From NCBI GenBank assembly GCA_040096245.1, contig JBBMFB010000009.1:1-32000 (forward strand): a stretch of DNA of 32,000 nucleotides. The letters are read 5' to 3'. How positions within the stretch are numbered: the first letter of the stretch is position 1; each line of letters opens with the position of its first letter. Below, piece after piece: positions 22,851-31,185 of this stretch. The stretch comes from Waltera hominis (GTDB taxonomy: Bacteria > Bacillota > Clostridia > Lachnospirales > Lachnospiraceae). Under the pieces are notes generated by a model. That model worked only from the letters and a program-made list of their open reading frames with translations. It was not told where the DNA came from and searched no databases. The position numbers and the translations under genes were made by a program.

Positions 22851-24989
22851 TTATCTCTTCCGTCTGCGGAACCAGATCACAAATCCGGCGATCATACAAC
22901 CGACGGGAAGGATCATGGTAACCAACAAGCCCAGCAGCAGAATCTGTGCGGAATCCACTACCAGATTAGAGACCTCATAGCTTTTTACCGGAATGGATAC
23001 CGAAGTCTCATGATCTGCCATTCCACTGAATGTATTGGTGAACAGGGTCAGGTTCGCACCGCTGACGACAGAATTTGCATCATCCGTGAACAGCTGCTCG
23101 CAACCGTACACGACCAGTGTCGCATCCCCATCATCCAAAGTCTTTACTGCCTCAACACCTAATGCGAAGGGACCATTCATATCATTTTCACTCTGTGAAA
23201 AATCCTGTGTATTGTTGACATCCTGTTTTGCAAAAGAGCTGTCGGAGGTGCTCAGGAATACATCATAGGTAATATCGCCGGTAGCTGTCTCGTCGGTACT
23301 TACTTCCTCCGGGACGATGATGCCCTGAGAATACGGCAGGAACAGATATTTTCCGTAGGTGCCTGAGGTATAGCTGTCAGAGCTCTGTGTCGGCAGGATA
23401 TAATACGGACTTCTGTAGTAGCCGTTGGAATCATTCTCCACTACCAGTCCTTTGGCAATACTCAGATTCATGTAGCTTAAGATAGCATCTATATTGGGTG
23501 TCTCCTCATCGGTATAACCGGTTACCAGGATAACTTTTCCACCGTTGTTGAGATAGTCGATCACCTTATCCTTATCATCGGATGAAAAATCGCTGGTGGC
23601 ACCGTTAATGAACAGACAGGCCGCATCGTCGGGGATAGTATCCAGATCCATCAGATTCACGGTCTCATAATCCACATTTTCCTTGTTCAGTGCGGATGTA
23701 AAAGTGTTACTTAAACTCAGTTCATTATGTCCTGTTGTCATATATACCTTGGGCATATCATCATTTAACACATAATCCAACGCACTGGTGATCTGTCCTT
23801 CGCCATCATAACCGGTGGTCGTGGTGTTATAACTGTACGTCGAATAGTCAAAATCATAGGAAGACTCATAGACATCGTTGTAATCAATGACCTTGCTGCG
23901 CTTGTCGCTGACCACGATCAGGCTGTTCGTGCTGATGTTGCCGGTGGTGTACTGGGTATAGAACATCGGGTTAACGGTAGGATCCACATATTCCACGGTG
24001 ATATGATCCGACAGATCATCATATCTCTGTAAAGTCTGTCCCAATGTGGTATCCTGATTGTCCTGATTTACCAACACATAGATGGTCACATCATCCTGCA
24101 TATTTTTCACATAGTCAACGGTCTGATCTGTCAGGGAATAGAGCTTCTGGCTGGTCATGTCGATTGCTGTCCAGTTGGAAGGCATCTCGCCCATGATAAT
24201 ATTAACGATTACTACCAGTGCTACCGCTACGGCGATCATACCGGTACTGTAAGCACTGAAGCTTAAGTTCTTCACGGACATGCTGTAACGGCGTTTCTGA
24301 ATGGACTGTACCGTCAGGAACAGAACCAGAGCCGTAACGGATACATAATATACGATAGAAGATACATCCAGTGTGCCGTTTAACAGGTTGGAAAACGGTG
24401 TATAAAGGTCAAAGCAGCGCAGCAGCTTTGTCAACAAATTGCCGGTACTGGAAATAATGGAGCAGATGGAATCCATCATATATCCCAGGAACAATACTAA
24501 AAAAGTAAGTACTGCTGCGATGACCTGGCTCTCTGTCACGGAAGACAGGAACAGACCGATGGCAATGGCGGTCATCCCGAAGAGGAAATATGCCAGGATC
24601 GACAGGTAAGCCTCTCCCATGGGAACACTGCCGTACTGCGCCATGATCAGCGGGTAAAAGCAGATGATCGCTACGGGAATGGCAAATATAGTTAACAGCG
24701 CCAGGAATTTTCCCATAACGATGCCGCCTACGGACACCGGTGCCGTCAGGATCAGCTGATCCGTCTTGCTCCGCTTTTCCTCCGCCAGAATGCGCATGGT
24801 CAGGATCGGCACGGTCAGCATGAATAAAAAGGTAACACTGGATACCACATACGCAAAATAAGGATATCCGTTCATCAGGTTATAAACGCTGAAATACAGT
24901 CCCAGGAAAAACAGGGTGACTGCAATAAATAAAAATCCGATAAAGGAACGGAAATAGGATTTCAATTCTCTCTTATAAATGGCTGACAT
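22851..24989 (-). CDS. Fusion of an ABC-2-type permease (GldF-like) with a GldG-like ABC auxiliary domain, 712 aa
   Basis: N-terminal ~240 aa with 6 TM segments (ABC-2 type), then a large extracytoplasmic domain (VTIYVLVNQDN...GGKVILVTG...) and a C-terminal TM anchor plus RRRKR. Its start is 1 nt after the stop of the upstream ATPase gene. Confidence 0.75.
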   Translation of the reverse strand: MSAIYKRELKSYFRSFIGFLFIAVTLFFLGLYFSVYNLMNGYPYFAYVVSSVTFLFMLTVPILTMRILAEEKRSKTDQLILTAPVSVGGIVMGKFLALLTIFAIPVAIICFYPLIMAQYGSVPMGEAYLSILAYFLFGMTAIAIGLFLSSVTESQVIAAVLTFLVLFLGYMMDSICSIISSTGNLLTKLLRCFDLYTPFSNLLNGTLDVSSIVYYVSVTALVLFLTVQSIQKRRYSMSVKNLSFSAYSTGMIAVAVALVVIVNIIMGEMPSNWTAIDMTSQKLYSLTDQTVDYVKNMQDDVTIYVLVNQDNQDTTLGQTLQRYDDLSDHITVEYVDPTVNPMFYTQYTTGNISTNSLIVVSDKRSKVIDYNDVYESSYDFDYSTYSYNTTTTGYDGEGQITSALDYVLNDDMPKVYMTTGHNELSLSNTFTSALNKENVDYETVNLMDLDTIPDDAACLFINGATSDFSSDDKDKVIDYLNNGGKVILVTGYTDEETPNIDAILSYMNLSIAKGLVVENDSNGYYRSPYYILPTQSSDSYTSGTYGKYLFLPYSQGIIVPEEVSTDETATGDITYDVFLSTSDSSFAKQDVNNTQDFSQSENDMNGPFALGVEAVKTLDDGDATLVVYGCEQLFTDDANSVVSGANLTLFTNTFSGMADHETSVSIPVKSYEVSNLVVDSAQILLLGLLVTMILPVGCMIAGFVIWFRRRKR

Positions 24990-24990
24990 A

Positions 24991-26073
24991 TCATTCCGCC
25001 TCCTTTGTAGTTACAGTTTCTTTTTTCTCTTCTCCGGGCTGTACTTCCTCTTCCGAAGCTTCTGTCTGCTGTGCAGCAGCTGTGATTTCCGGCTTTTTTC
25101 TTTTTGAGAATAGTTTGTGCTTCTCCGGCTGCGCGGGTGCCACATCCTCGGTCAGTTCCAGGAAGATGTCTTCCAGAGACTTCTCCGCATGGGTCATCTC
25201 TAAAATAGGCAGCTTTGCATCTGCCAGTGCATAGAATACCTGCTCTCTGATATCTGCATTCTCTTTGGAGATCACTTTCAGCTTTGCAACATTTTTGGAT
25301 GCCTCTGTGTTCTCTTCGATCCGGTCGATCTGTGAGATCTCCTGCAATGCACTCTTCACCGAGGCAGCGCTTCCCTTTACTTCCAGGTTCAGTTCCATGG
25401 AGCCGCTCATAAGCTTCTGCAGATTCTCCGGAGAATCGCTGGCTACCAGCTTACCGTGGGCTATGATCATAATATGGTCGCAGACCGCGCTGACCTCCGA
25501 CAGAATATGGGAGCTGAGGATCACGGTATGATTCTCCCCCAGCTTGCGGATCAGATCACGGATCTCGATGATCTGTTTCGGATCCAGACCTACCGTGGGC
25601 TCATCCAGAATAATAACCTCCGGGTAGCCAAGGATTGCCTGCGCCAATCCGACTCTCTGCCTGTAACCTTTTGACAGATTCTTGATCAGACGCTGCTGCA
25701 TATCGGTGATCTGTGTCATTTCCATGACCTCGTCAATCTGTTGCTTCCGCTCTTTTTTCGGCACTTTTTTCAGTTCTGCCACGAAGTCCAGGTATTCTCT
25801 GACAGTCATGTCAACATACAGCGGCGGAAGCTCCGGCAGATAACCGATGGCACGCTTTGCCTCCTCCGGATCTTTTTGGATGTCTTTGCCATCGATGGTC
25901 ACAGTGCCCTCCATGGCTGCCAGATAACCCGTGATGATGTTCATGGTCGTGGATTTACCTGCGCCGTTAGGACCAAGAAAGCCGTAAATCTGTCCCTTTT
26001 CCACACGGAAAGAGAGATGATCTACGGCAATATGGTCACCATATTTTTTTGTCAGATTGCTTACTTCTATCAT
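24991..26073 (-). CDS. ABC transporter ATP-binding protein (ABC-2/CcmA-type) with a charged C-terminal extension, ~360 aa
   Basis: The start is set at MIEVSNLTKKYG (26073), which has GGGAGG 7 nt upstream. Walker A GPNGAGKST, Q-loop, signature LSKGYRQR, Walker B ILDEPTVGLD, H-loop SSHIL. Confidence 0.9.
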   Translation of the reverse strand: MIEVSNLTKKYGDHIAVDHLSFRVEKGQIYGFLGPNGAGKSTTMNIITGYLAAMEGTVTIDGKDIQKDPEEAKRAIGYLPELPPLYVDMTVREYLDFVAELKKVPKKERKQQIDEVMEMTQITDMQQRLIKNLSKGYRQRVGLAQAILGYPEVIILDEPTVGLDPKQIIEIRDLIRKLGENHTVILSSHILSEVSAVCDHIMIIAHGKLVASDSPENLQKLMSGSMELNLEVKGSAASVKSALQEISQIDRIEENTEASKNVAKLKVISKENADIREQVFYALADAKLPILEMTHAEKSLEDIFLELTEDVAPAQPEKHKLFSKRKKPEITAAAQQTEASEEEVQPGEEKKETVTTKEAE

Positions 26074-26290
26074 ATTTGCCTCCCTGATATGGTGTGATTC
26101 CCCACCTGATACCTCTGGGTACTCAGAACTGATACCCCGAATTGCTTCGCAGCAAGCTGCTCCCGCAATTCTAAAAACATTCGGAATCCGCTGATTTGCT
26201 ACGCAAATCGCTACTTCCTCATGTTTTACGGGTGTAAAATTCAACCGCTTTATCATGCAAGCATGAACAGCGGTTAACCTTTACACCCTT
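26074..26290 (-). promoter_or_regulatory. ~215-nt structured 5' leader of the ABC operon, unassigned to any class
   Basis: On the minus strand there is a long composite hairpin GGGTGTAAA..AACCGCT..catgc-tt-gcatg..AGCGGTT..TTTACACCC (about 26226-26290). Then AAAACAT...ATGTTTT enclosing GATTTGC/GCAAATC, and the hairpin GAATTGC..GCAGC-tt-GCTGC..GCAATTC. On the plus strand, CTGATACC-TCTGGGTACTCAGA-a-CTGATACC lies at 26106-26136. Confidence 0.4.
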
Positions 26291-26295
26291 GTATC

Positions 26296-26350
26296 AGTAT
26301 ATGTCTCAAATGTCATGAAAAGGTGAAACCTTTGTGAAAATTGTGTGAAA
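26296..26350 (-). promoter_or_regulatory. Activator-type promoter: three TTTCAC direct repeats at exact 11-bp phasing upstream of a TATACT -10
   Basis: Plus-strand gtgaaa at 26323-26328, 26334-26339 and 26345-26350. Minus-strand -10 TATACT at 26301-26296. The -35 position reads ACCTTT (poor). Confidence 0.5.
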
Positions 26351-26359
26351 CCACAACCC

Positions 26360-27385
26360 TTAAATCTTCGACACGGTCAGAGAAATGCTTAAATTTCCTG
26401 CCTCCGCCGCCAGATGCAGCGGCAGCTTTGCCACAGGAATATCTTCAAAAATGAACTCCGGATCACCTGATGCGGGCGTCTGGAATAAAAAAAGTACTCC
26501 GTCCACATAGAGCACCACTTTTTTCTGATTACTGTAAATTGTCAGGGAGACCAGCCCGTTCTCCTGACGATGCAGGGTGGAAAGTGCCGGATAGAGCACC
26601 GGTTCGCTGCTCCACTTCGCCTGATAATAGTAATATCGTTCTGTCAGCGTCCTGCCGTCCGCCGCCAGGAGTGCTTCCGCCATTGTTTCTCCGGGTAATC
26701 CACGATACACCGGAAGAATTTCCGGTCTTATCCACAGGTCACCTGTGAGGAAACCACGCCTTCTGCACAGACTGTAAAACGCCCGCACTTCGCAGCGGTC
26801 CTGTCCCTCTGTCCCGGATCCGGTTCCTTCCAACCGGATCGCATTGACTCCCATCCGGTCCAGCTGTTCCAGATCTGCTTTCATATGCTCCTCCCTTGTC
26901 CCGGCATCACTGATCTGCGGAGGAAGTCTGTATGCTACCTCATGGGGTAAGAATTCTTTTTCATTGAGGAAAATTCCTTTTTTATCTACGACACGCACGT
27001 CATAAATTGCCAGTTCCTGCCGCCAATGCACTTCCACTGCCTCGGGTATATCCTCAGCGGGATCTGACTCTTCCTCCTTCTCCATACCACCCATCTTTTC
27101 TCCATACTCCACGGTTCCGAACCTTCCCTGCGCCTTCACCAGATAGACATAGGGATCCCGCATGCCGTCCCAGAGATGCGGCCGCAGCAGCAACGCCGTC
27201 ATACAATCCGCCTCTTCTGATGAGTATTCCCCATGAAAAACAAGGCGTTCGCCCTCCGCACCTTCCCAGATCTCAATCTGTAATGCGGACAGCAAACGCC
27301 CTATCTTTTCCGGCAGTGCAAATTCCAGATAAGCCTTGCCGTTTTCCAGTTTTGTTGTAATTCCAAGATCGTCCCTCATCTGCAT
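26360..27385 (-). CDS. GH2-like skeleton protein retaining GH2 flanking segments but lacking most of the catalytic TIM barrel, 341 aa
   Basis: LLRPHLWDG..DPYVYLV, then ELAIYDVRVVDKKGIFLNEKEF, then DLEQLDRMGVNAIRLEG, then directly ...YYYYQAKWSSEPVLY...VSLTIYSNQKKVVLYVDG. In full-length GH2 enzymes ~200 aa carrying both catalytic Glu residues lie between the last two blocks. Confidence 0.5.
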   Translation of the reverse strand: MQMRDDLGITTKLENGKAYLEFALPEKIGRLLSALQIEIWEGAEGERLVFHGEYSSEEADCMTALLLRPHLWDGMRDPYVYLVKAQGRFGTVEYGEKMGGMEKEEESDPAEDIPEAVEVHWRQELAIYDVRVVDKKGIFLNEKEFLPHEVAYRLPPQISDAGTREEHMKADLEQLDRMGVNAIRLEGTGSGTEGQDRCEVRAFYSLCRRRGFLTGDLWIRPEILPVYRGLPGETMAEALLAADGRTLTERYYYYQAKWSSEPVLYPALSTLHRQENGLVSLTIYSNQKKVVLYVDGVLFLFQTPASGDPEFIFEDIPVAKLPLHLAAEAGNLSISLTVSKI

Positions 27386-27477
27386 TTCTCTTTCCTGCCT
27401 TTCGCATTCTGTTACTAAGAGTTTTTACAGATAACATTTCATTTATGCCGGAAATCCATCTTTCCCGCACACTATTA

Positions 27478-27705
27478 TTACATGGGACAAGACCTGCGGC
27501 CGGGCACTTCCTCTCCGGATACATAACCTGCATGAAATTCCATGTTAATGTCCCGAAGCTCCTTCTCCCCGTCGATGTATGCCTGATACATTTCCGCCAG
27601 GCCCGAACTGCAGCCATCGCAGTTTGCTTCCATATATCCCAGTGACTCCGCCACGATCTGCTCCCGCTCTTCTTTTGTGGTATCCTTAATCAGATATCCT
27701 GCCAT
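27478..27705 (-). CDS. Small hypothetical protein with a CxxC motif, 75 aa
   Basis: Good RBS (gagagga, 6 nt, ATG). MAGYLIKDTTKEEREQIVAESLGYMEANCDGCSSGLAEMYQAYIDGEKELRDINMEF... I recognise no family. Confidence 0.45.
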   Translation of the reverse strand: MAGYLIKDTTKEEREQIVAESLGYMEANCDGCSSGLAEMYQAYIDGEKELRDINMEFHAGYVSGEEVPGRRSCPM

Positions 27706-27798
27706 TTTCTTTTCCTCTCTTGTATTTCTTTTACAGCCAATGTATCACAGCAATCTGCCGGGTGCAAGTTTTTCTCTGCATTTAGAGTAATCGAAAAT

Positions 27799-28350
27799 CT
27801 ACGACCGAAGAATTCTCTCATAGATCTGCAAATCCTCATTCTTAAACACATTAAAGATCACATTTTTGACACTGCTGTCAGGAGTCTCCTCCAAATACTC
27901 CTGTACCGTCTGTACGGCAATCTGCGCCGCCTTGTCGTTCGGAAAGCAGAATACCCCAGTGGATATACAGCAGAACGCCACACTTTCCAGCCCGTATGCC
28001 GATGCCAGTTCCAGACAAGACAAGTAACAGGATCGAAGCAATGCGCAATGTTTCTCCGTCAGCTTTCCCTGCACAATAGGACCTACGGTATGCAGGACAT
28101 AACGGCAGGGCAGATTGTAGGCTTTCGTGATCTTTGCCTGTCCGGTGGGTTCCTCATGCCCCTGTTCTCCCATTTTGCTTCTCCTATGCTCGTTTCTGCT
28201 CTTTTTACGCTCTCCTGTAATGAAATCATTATATCCCCCATCGCCGGGATCCGTAAAGCAGGCACAATAAAGTGCCCCGGTTACCCAAAAGATACTATTG
28301 GGACAAACATATAAACCTGCAATTGAAATATTTTTACGTTTTTGTAACAA
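27799..28350 (-). pseudogene. Macro-domain (ADP-ribose-binding/hydrolase) gene, 5'-truncated with a degenerate N-terminus
   Basis: The C-terminal two thirds are a clean macro domain (QGHEEPTGQAKITKAYNLPCRYVLHTVGP...VAFCCISTGVFCFP). The expected upstream IDNAIH..AG.QLR..C block reads YNDFITGERKKSRNEHRRSK. The VNAAN strand is absent. The only start is TTG, 20 nt from the divergent sigma gene. Confidence 0.5.
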
Positions 28351-28370
28351 TAGGAACAGGAACCTTCGTT

Positions 28371-28958
28371 ATGACTCATAGAAAGGCCTGTGAACAACAA
28401 ATGATATATCTGATGATGATCGACGCCGAAGAAGACAAACAAAAGTTTGCGATTCTCTATGAAACCTATCGGCACCTTATGATGAAAGTAGCTCTGAATG
28501 TGCTGAAGGATACTTTTCTTGCGGAAGATGCCGTACATGAAACGTTTATAAAAATTGCGAAAAACATGGAAAAAATAGGGGAAATCGACGCCACGGCGAC
28601 GAAACGCTACCTGCTTACCATAACGAAAAATGCGACTATAGATATTTACCGGAAGCGAAACCATCAATTTCAACGGGAAATCTATGTGGATGAGCTGGAA
28701 GAATGTAATGTCCCGGTGACTTATGCGGAGACGGATGTGGATGACGGAATACTGGACATCCTTAGGCGCCTGCCCGTAAAATACCGGGATGTATTTCTCC
28801 TCAAATACTCCGGCAATATGGACAACGATGAAATCGCAAAAGTATTAAACATCACCGAAGGAACGATCCGGCAGCGATTATCCCGGGGAAAGATTATGAT
28901 ACAGGAAGCTTTGAATAAACGGGAGGAAAATAATGAGATCCATGGAAGTAACGGATGA
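28371..28958 (+). CDS. Sigma-70-family (ECF-like) RNA polymerase sigma factor, ~195 aa; start uncertain
   Basis: Region 2 (AEDAVHETFIKIAKN...RYLLTITKNATIDIYRK) and region 4 (YRDVFLLKYSGNMDNDEIAKVLNITEGTIRQRLSRGK). Candidate starts are 28371, 28401 and 28410, none with a strong RBS. Confidence 0.8.
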   Translation: MTHRKACEQQMIYLMMIDAEEDKQKFAILYETYRHLMMKVALNVLKDTFLAEDAVHETFIKIAKNMEKIGEIDATATKRYLLTITKNATIDIYRKRNHQFQREIYVDELEECNVPVTYAETDVDDGILDILRRLPVKYRDVFLLKYSGNMDNDEIAKVLNITEGTIRQRLSRGKIMIQEALNKREENNEIHGSNG

Positions 28959-29619
28959 ATGGCTCTATCAGCATATGCCTGTGGTGGACAATGCCATGAT
29001 AACAGCATTAGAAAATCAGGTTGATCGGGAATATGTATTTTCAAAACGTTTTGAACAAAAAATGCAAAAAGTGATCCGCCGGGAAGCCCATCCGGTGCTG
29101 ACCGGTGCACAACAGCTCCTAAAACGCATTGCAATCTTTTTCACCGGTATCGTATGTGGCGGACTGGTTCTGACGTTAAGTGTGGATGCCTATCGGGATA
29201 AGTTTTTCATGACACTAAAGACCCTGCGCGAGGATGCTACGCAGTATAACTACTCTTCCGAGGAAAAAGATGCGGTACTCGCTCCTACGATACCGACCTG
29301 CATCCCGGAGGGCTATACAGAGACAGACCGAAGAGACAGTCCTCTTTTTTGTGAAATTTTCTATGAAAACAATGCCGGAGAACAGCTCATCTGGGAGCAA
29401 ATGCTAATTTCCGCAAATAATGCCCTGACACTCGTATTAGACAATGAATACGATGCCGAAGAGGAACATGTCATCGGCGGTCACATTGCCACGGTATATA
29501 CTTATGTGGATGGTTACGTCATGGCTTATTATGAAGCTGACAATTATGTATACGTGATCACCGCAGATCACATGACCGCCGAGGAAATGTTTCAGCTCAT
29601 TGCCAGTATGGATATCTGA
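28933..29619 (+). CDS. Membrane-anchored DUF4367-type protein, putative anti-sigma factor, 228 aa
   Basis: GGGAGG RBS. It overlaps the sigma gene end by 26 nt. Single TM segment (IAIFFTGIVCGGLVLTL). The extracytoplasmic domain has the ...IPEGY....-type pattern seen in DUF4367 partners of clostridial sigma factors. Confidence 0.6.
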   Translation: MRSMEVTDEWLYQHMPVVDNAMITALENQVDREYVFSKRFEQKMQKVIRREAHPVLTGAQQLLKRIAIFFTGIVCGGLVLTLSVDAYRDKFFMTLKTLREDATQYNYSSEEKDAVLAPTIPTCIPEGYTETDRRDSPLFCEIFYENNAGEQLIWEQMLISANNALTLVLDNEYDAEEEHVIGGHIATVYTYVDGYVMAYYEADNYVYVITADHMTAEEMFQLIASMDI

Positions 29620-29651
29620 TTGTATAATAAAATAAAAAGGAGGCAAGAACC

Positions 29652-30212
29652 ATGATGCGAAATAAAAAATTAAGAACCGTTTTCTGCGGCATTCTGATTT
29701 TTCTGCTCGTATTTGCCTTATTTTGCCTTGGAGACTACGGGATCCGCTATTATCATACTCCCATCAAAAAGGATTATGACTATACCGGAACCGGAATGCT
29801 GGTCAGTCTGACGGAACCGGATACCTTCGAACAGGTATCGGTGGAGATCCACGGGAAAGCCTTACATTATCTCTGGGGGAATCAGGAAGACGCCATAGCG
29901 GGAAATGTCTGGATGAACGGAGAGAGGCTTTTCGTGGAAGGTGCGGATGACATGGGATTCTATGCACCTTTTATCGATGAAGAACCCTATTACTCCTGCC
30001 TGACCGAATCTGTAACAAATATCCCGGGAAATATGTTTCTTATCTCCCGGGATCTGAAAACCGTATTCTGCGGTGTACTTATGGACGGGAAAGAATTTCT
30101 GCTGATAATACCGGCAGAAAATAAATCGGATGCCGACCGTACCCTGAAATCCGGTCTGGAACAGTCCCAGCCTCTTTCCCGTTGGCTGAGTGACTATCCC
30201 TTATTCCTGTAA
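29652..30212 (+). CDS. Hypothetical N-terminally anchored protein, 186 aa
   Basis: aaggagg RBS. N-terminal TM/signal anchor LRTVFCGILIFLLVFALFCL. I recognise no family. Confidence 0.5.
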   Translation: MMRNKKLRTVFCGILIFLLVFALFCLGDYGIRYYHTPIKKDYDYTGTGMLVSLTEPDTFEQVSVEIHGKALHYLWGNQEDAIAGNVWMNGERLFVEGADDMGFYAPFIDEEPYYSCLTESVTNIPGNMFLISRDLKTVFCGVLMDGKEFLLIIPAENKSDADRTLKSGLEQSQPLSRWLSDYPLFL

Positions 30213-30924
30213 CTGTCCGTCCACAATACGCACAATACGTTTCGCCGACTGTGCTACGCCCAGGTCGTGGGTGATCATGACAATTGTGTTGCCCATATCG
30301 TTCAGTTCCCGGAACAGTTTCAGTACTTCTCTGCCGCTGGTCTGATCCAAGGCACCGGTAGGCTCATCCGCTAACAGGATCGCCGGCTGTCCCACCAGTG
30401 CTCTGGCAATGGATACTCTCCGCTTCCTCATGAGTCATGCCACGCATCAGCAGGGGCATGATAATATTCTGCATGACATTATAGGTCGGGATCAGCTGAT
30501 AGTTCTGGAAAATGAACCCGATCTTCTGGTTGCGTACCATGGTCAGATCGTCCTCCTTGGTCTCGTGGATTGCCATGCCATCCAGATAATATTCCCCACT
30601 GCCAAAAATTTCCTTTGCCACGGTGGCACCCAGTACGCACACCTTTTCCTTGCTCTCGTTGTTTTCTTCTGTGAGGAAATCCCCGATGGCCATTTCCAGA
30701 TTACTGATGGCAGCATAATTGTCCTCCACACCGGCAATGGTGTACTAGGAAGCAGAGGTCATATCGCCTCCCTCCACCGCCCGGCATTTCAAAGCTAAAA
30801 CCGCCGCTGTCACTGCTGCCACAGAACCTCCACCCAGCGTAAGTACCAGTACCAGCGCAACGATGATCCATTTTTTGTTTTTCTTTTGGGAAAAAATTAT
30901 CTTTTTGATCTCTTTGTTTTTCAC
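30201..30924 (-). pseudogene. Decayed MacAB-type efflux locus: membrane-fusion-protein N-terminal stub, FtsX/MacB permease fragment, and an ABC ATPase with an internal deletion/frameshift
   Basis: GTG 30924 (ggagg RBS) gives VKNKEIKK..KKWIIVALVLVLTLGGG.., stopping at 30745. Next is the in-frame YTIAGVEDNYAAISNLEMAIGDFLTEENNESKEKVCVLGATVAKEIFG (MacB periplasmic-domain-like), fused to YLDGMAIHETKEDDLTMVRNQKIGFIFQNYQLIPTYNVMQNIIMPLLMRG (ATPase Q-loop region, no Walker A). A frame change near 30420 then leads to RVSIARALVGQPAILLADEPTGALD...MITHD. The LSGGQ signature segment is missing. Confidence 0.65.
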
Positions 30925-31075
30925 GGCGAACCTCCGATTGCTATTCCGTCCAAATTCTGTTGTTTTCTCAAGTATAGTTGGATTTTGTATTGAAAAAGTG
31001 TTCACTCTGTGAAAAATCTGTGTTCTGTAGGAGCTTTTCCCCCTGCTTACGTCTATGCAATTACACAAATAAAGC

Positions 31076-31132
31076 ACAAAAAGAAGGCCCTGTTGGAGGC
31101 TGCTTTCGCAAAAGTCTCTAACATGACCTTCT
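31076..31132 (-). terminator. Rho-independent terminator downstream of the aldolase gene
   Basis: On the minus strand, AGAAGGtc...(inner tgc-GAAA-gca hairpin)...ggCCTTCT followed by TTTTgtgcttt. Confidence 0.5.
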
Positions 31133-31185
31133 ATCCATAAGCTTACGAATTCGTGCTATCGCGCTAATATGCCCGGAAAAACAAA

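Noticed and set aside
26074-26256. 61-codon N-terminal extension of the ABC ATPase ORF (start 26256), and analogous extensions at 22780..22899 and 18696..18782
   Set aside because: The canonical N-terminus (MIEVSNLTKKYG, MKKKQRQ.. or MKFKTRL..) is preceded by a proper RBS. The extensions lack an RBS and run through structured leader or promoter DNA.
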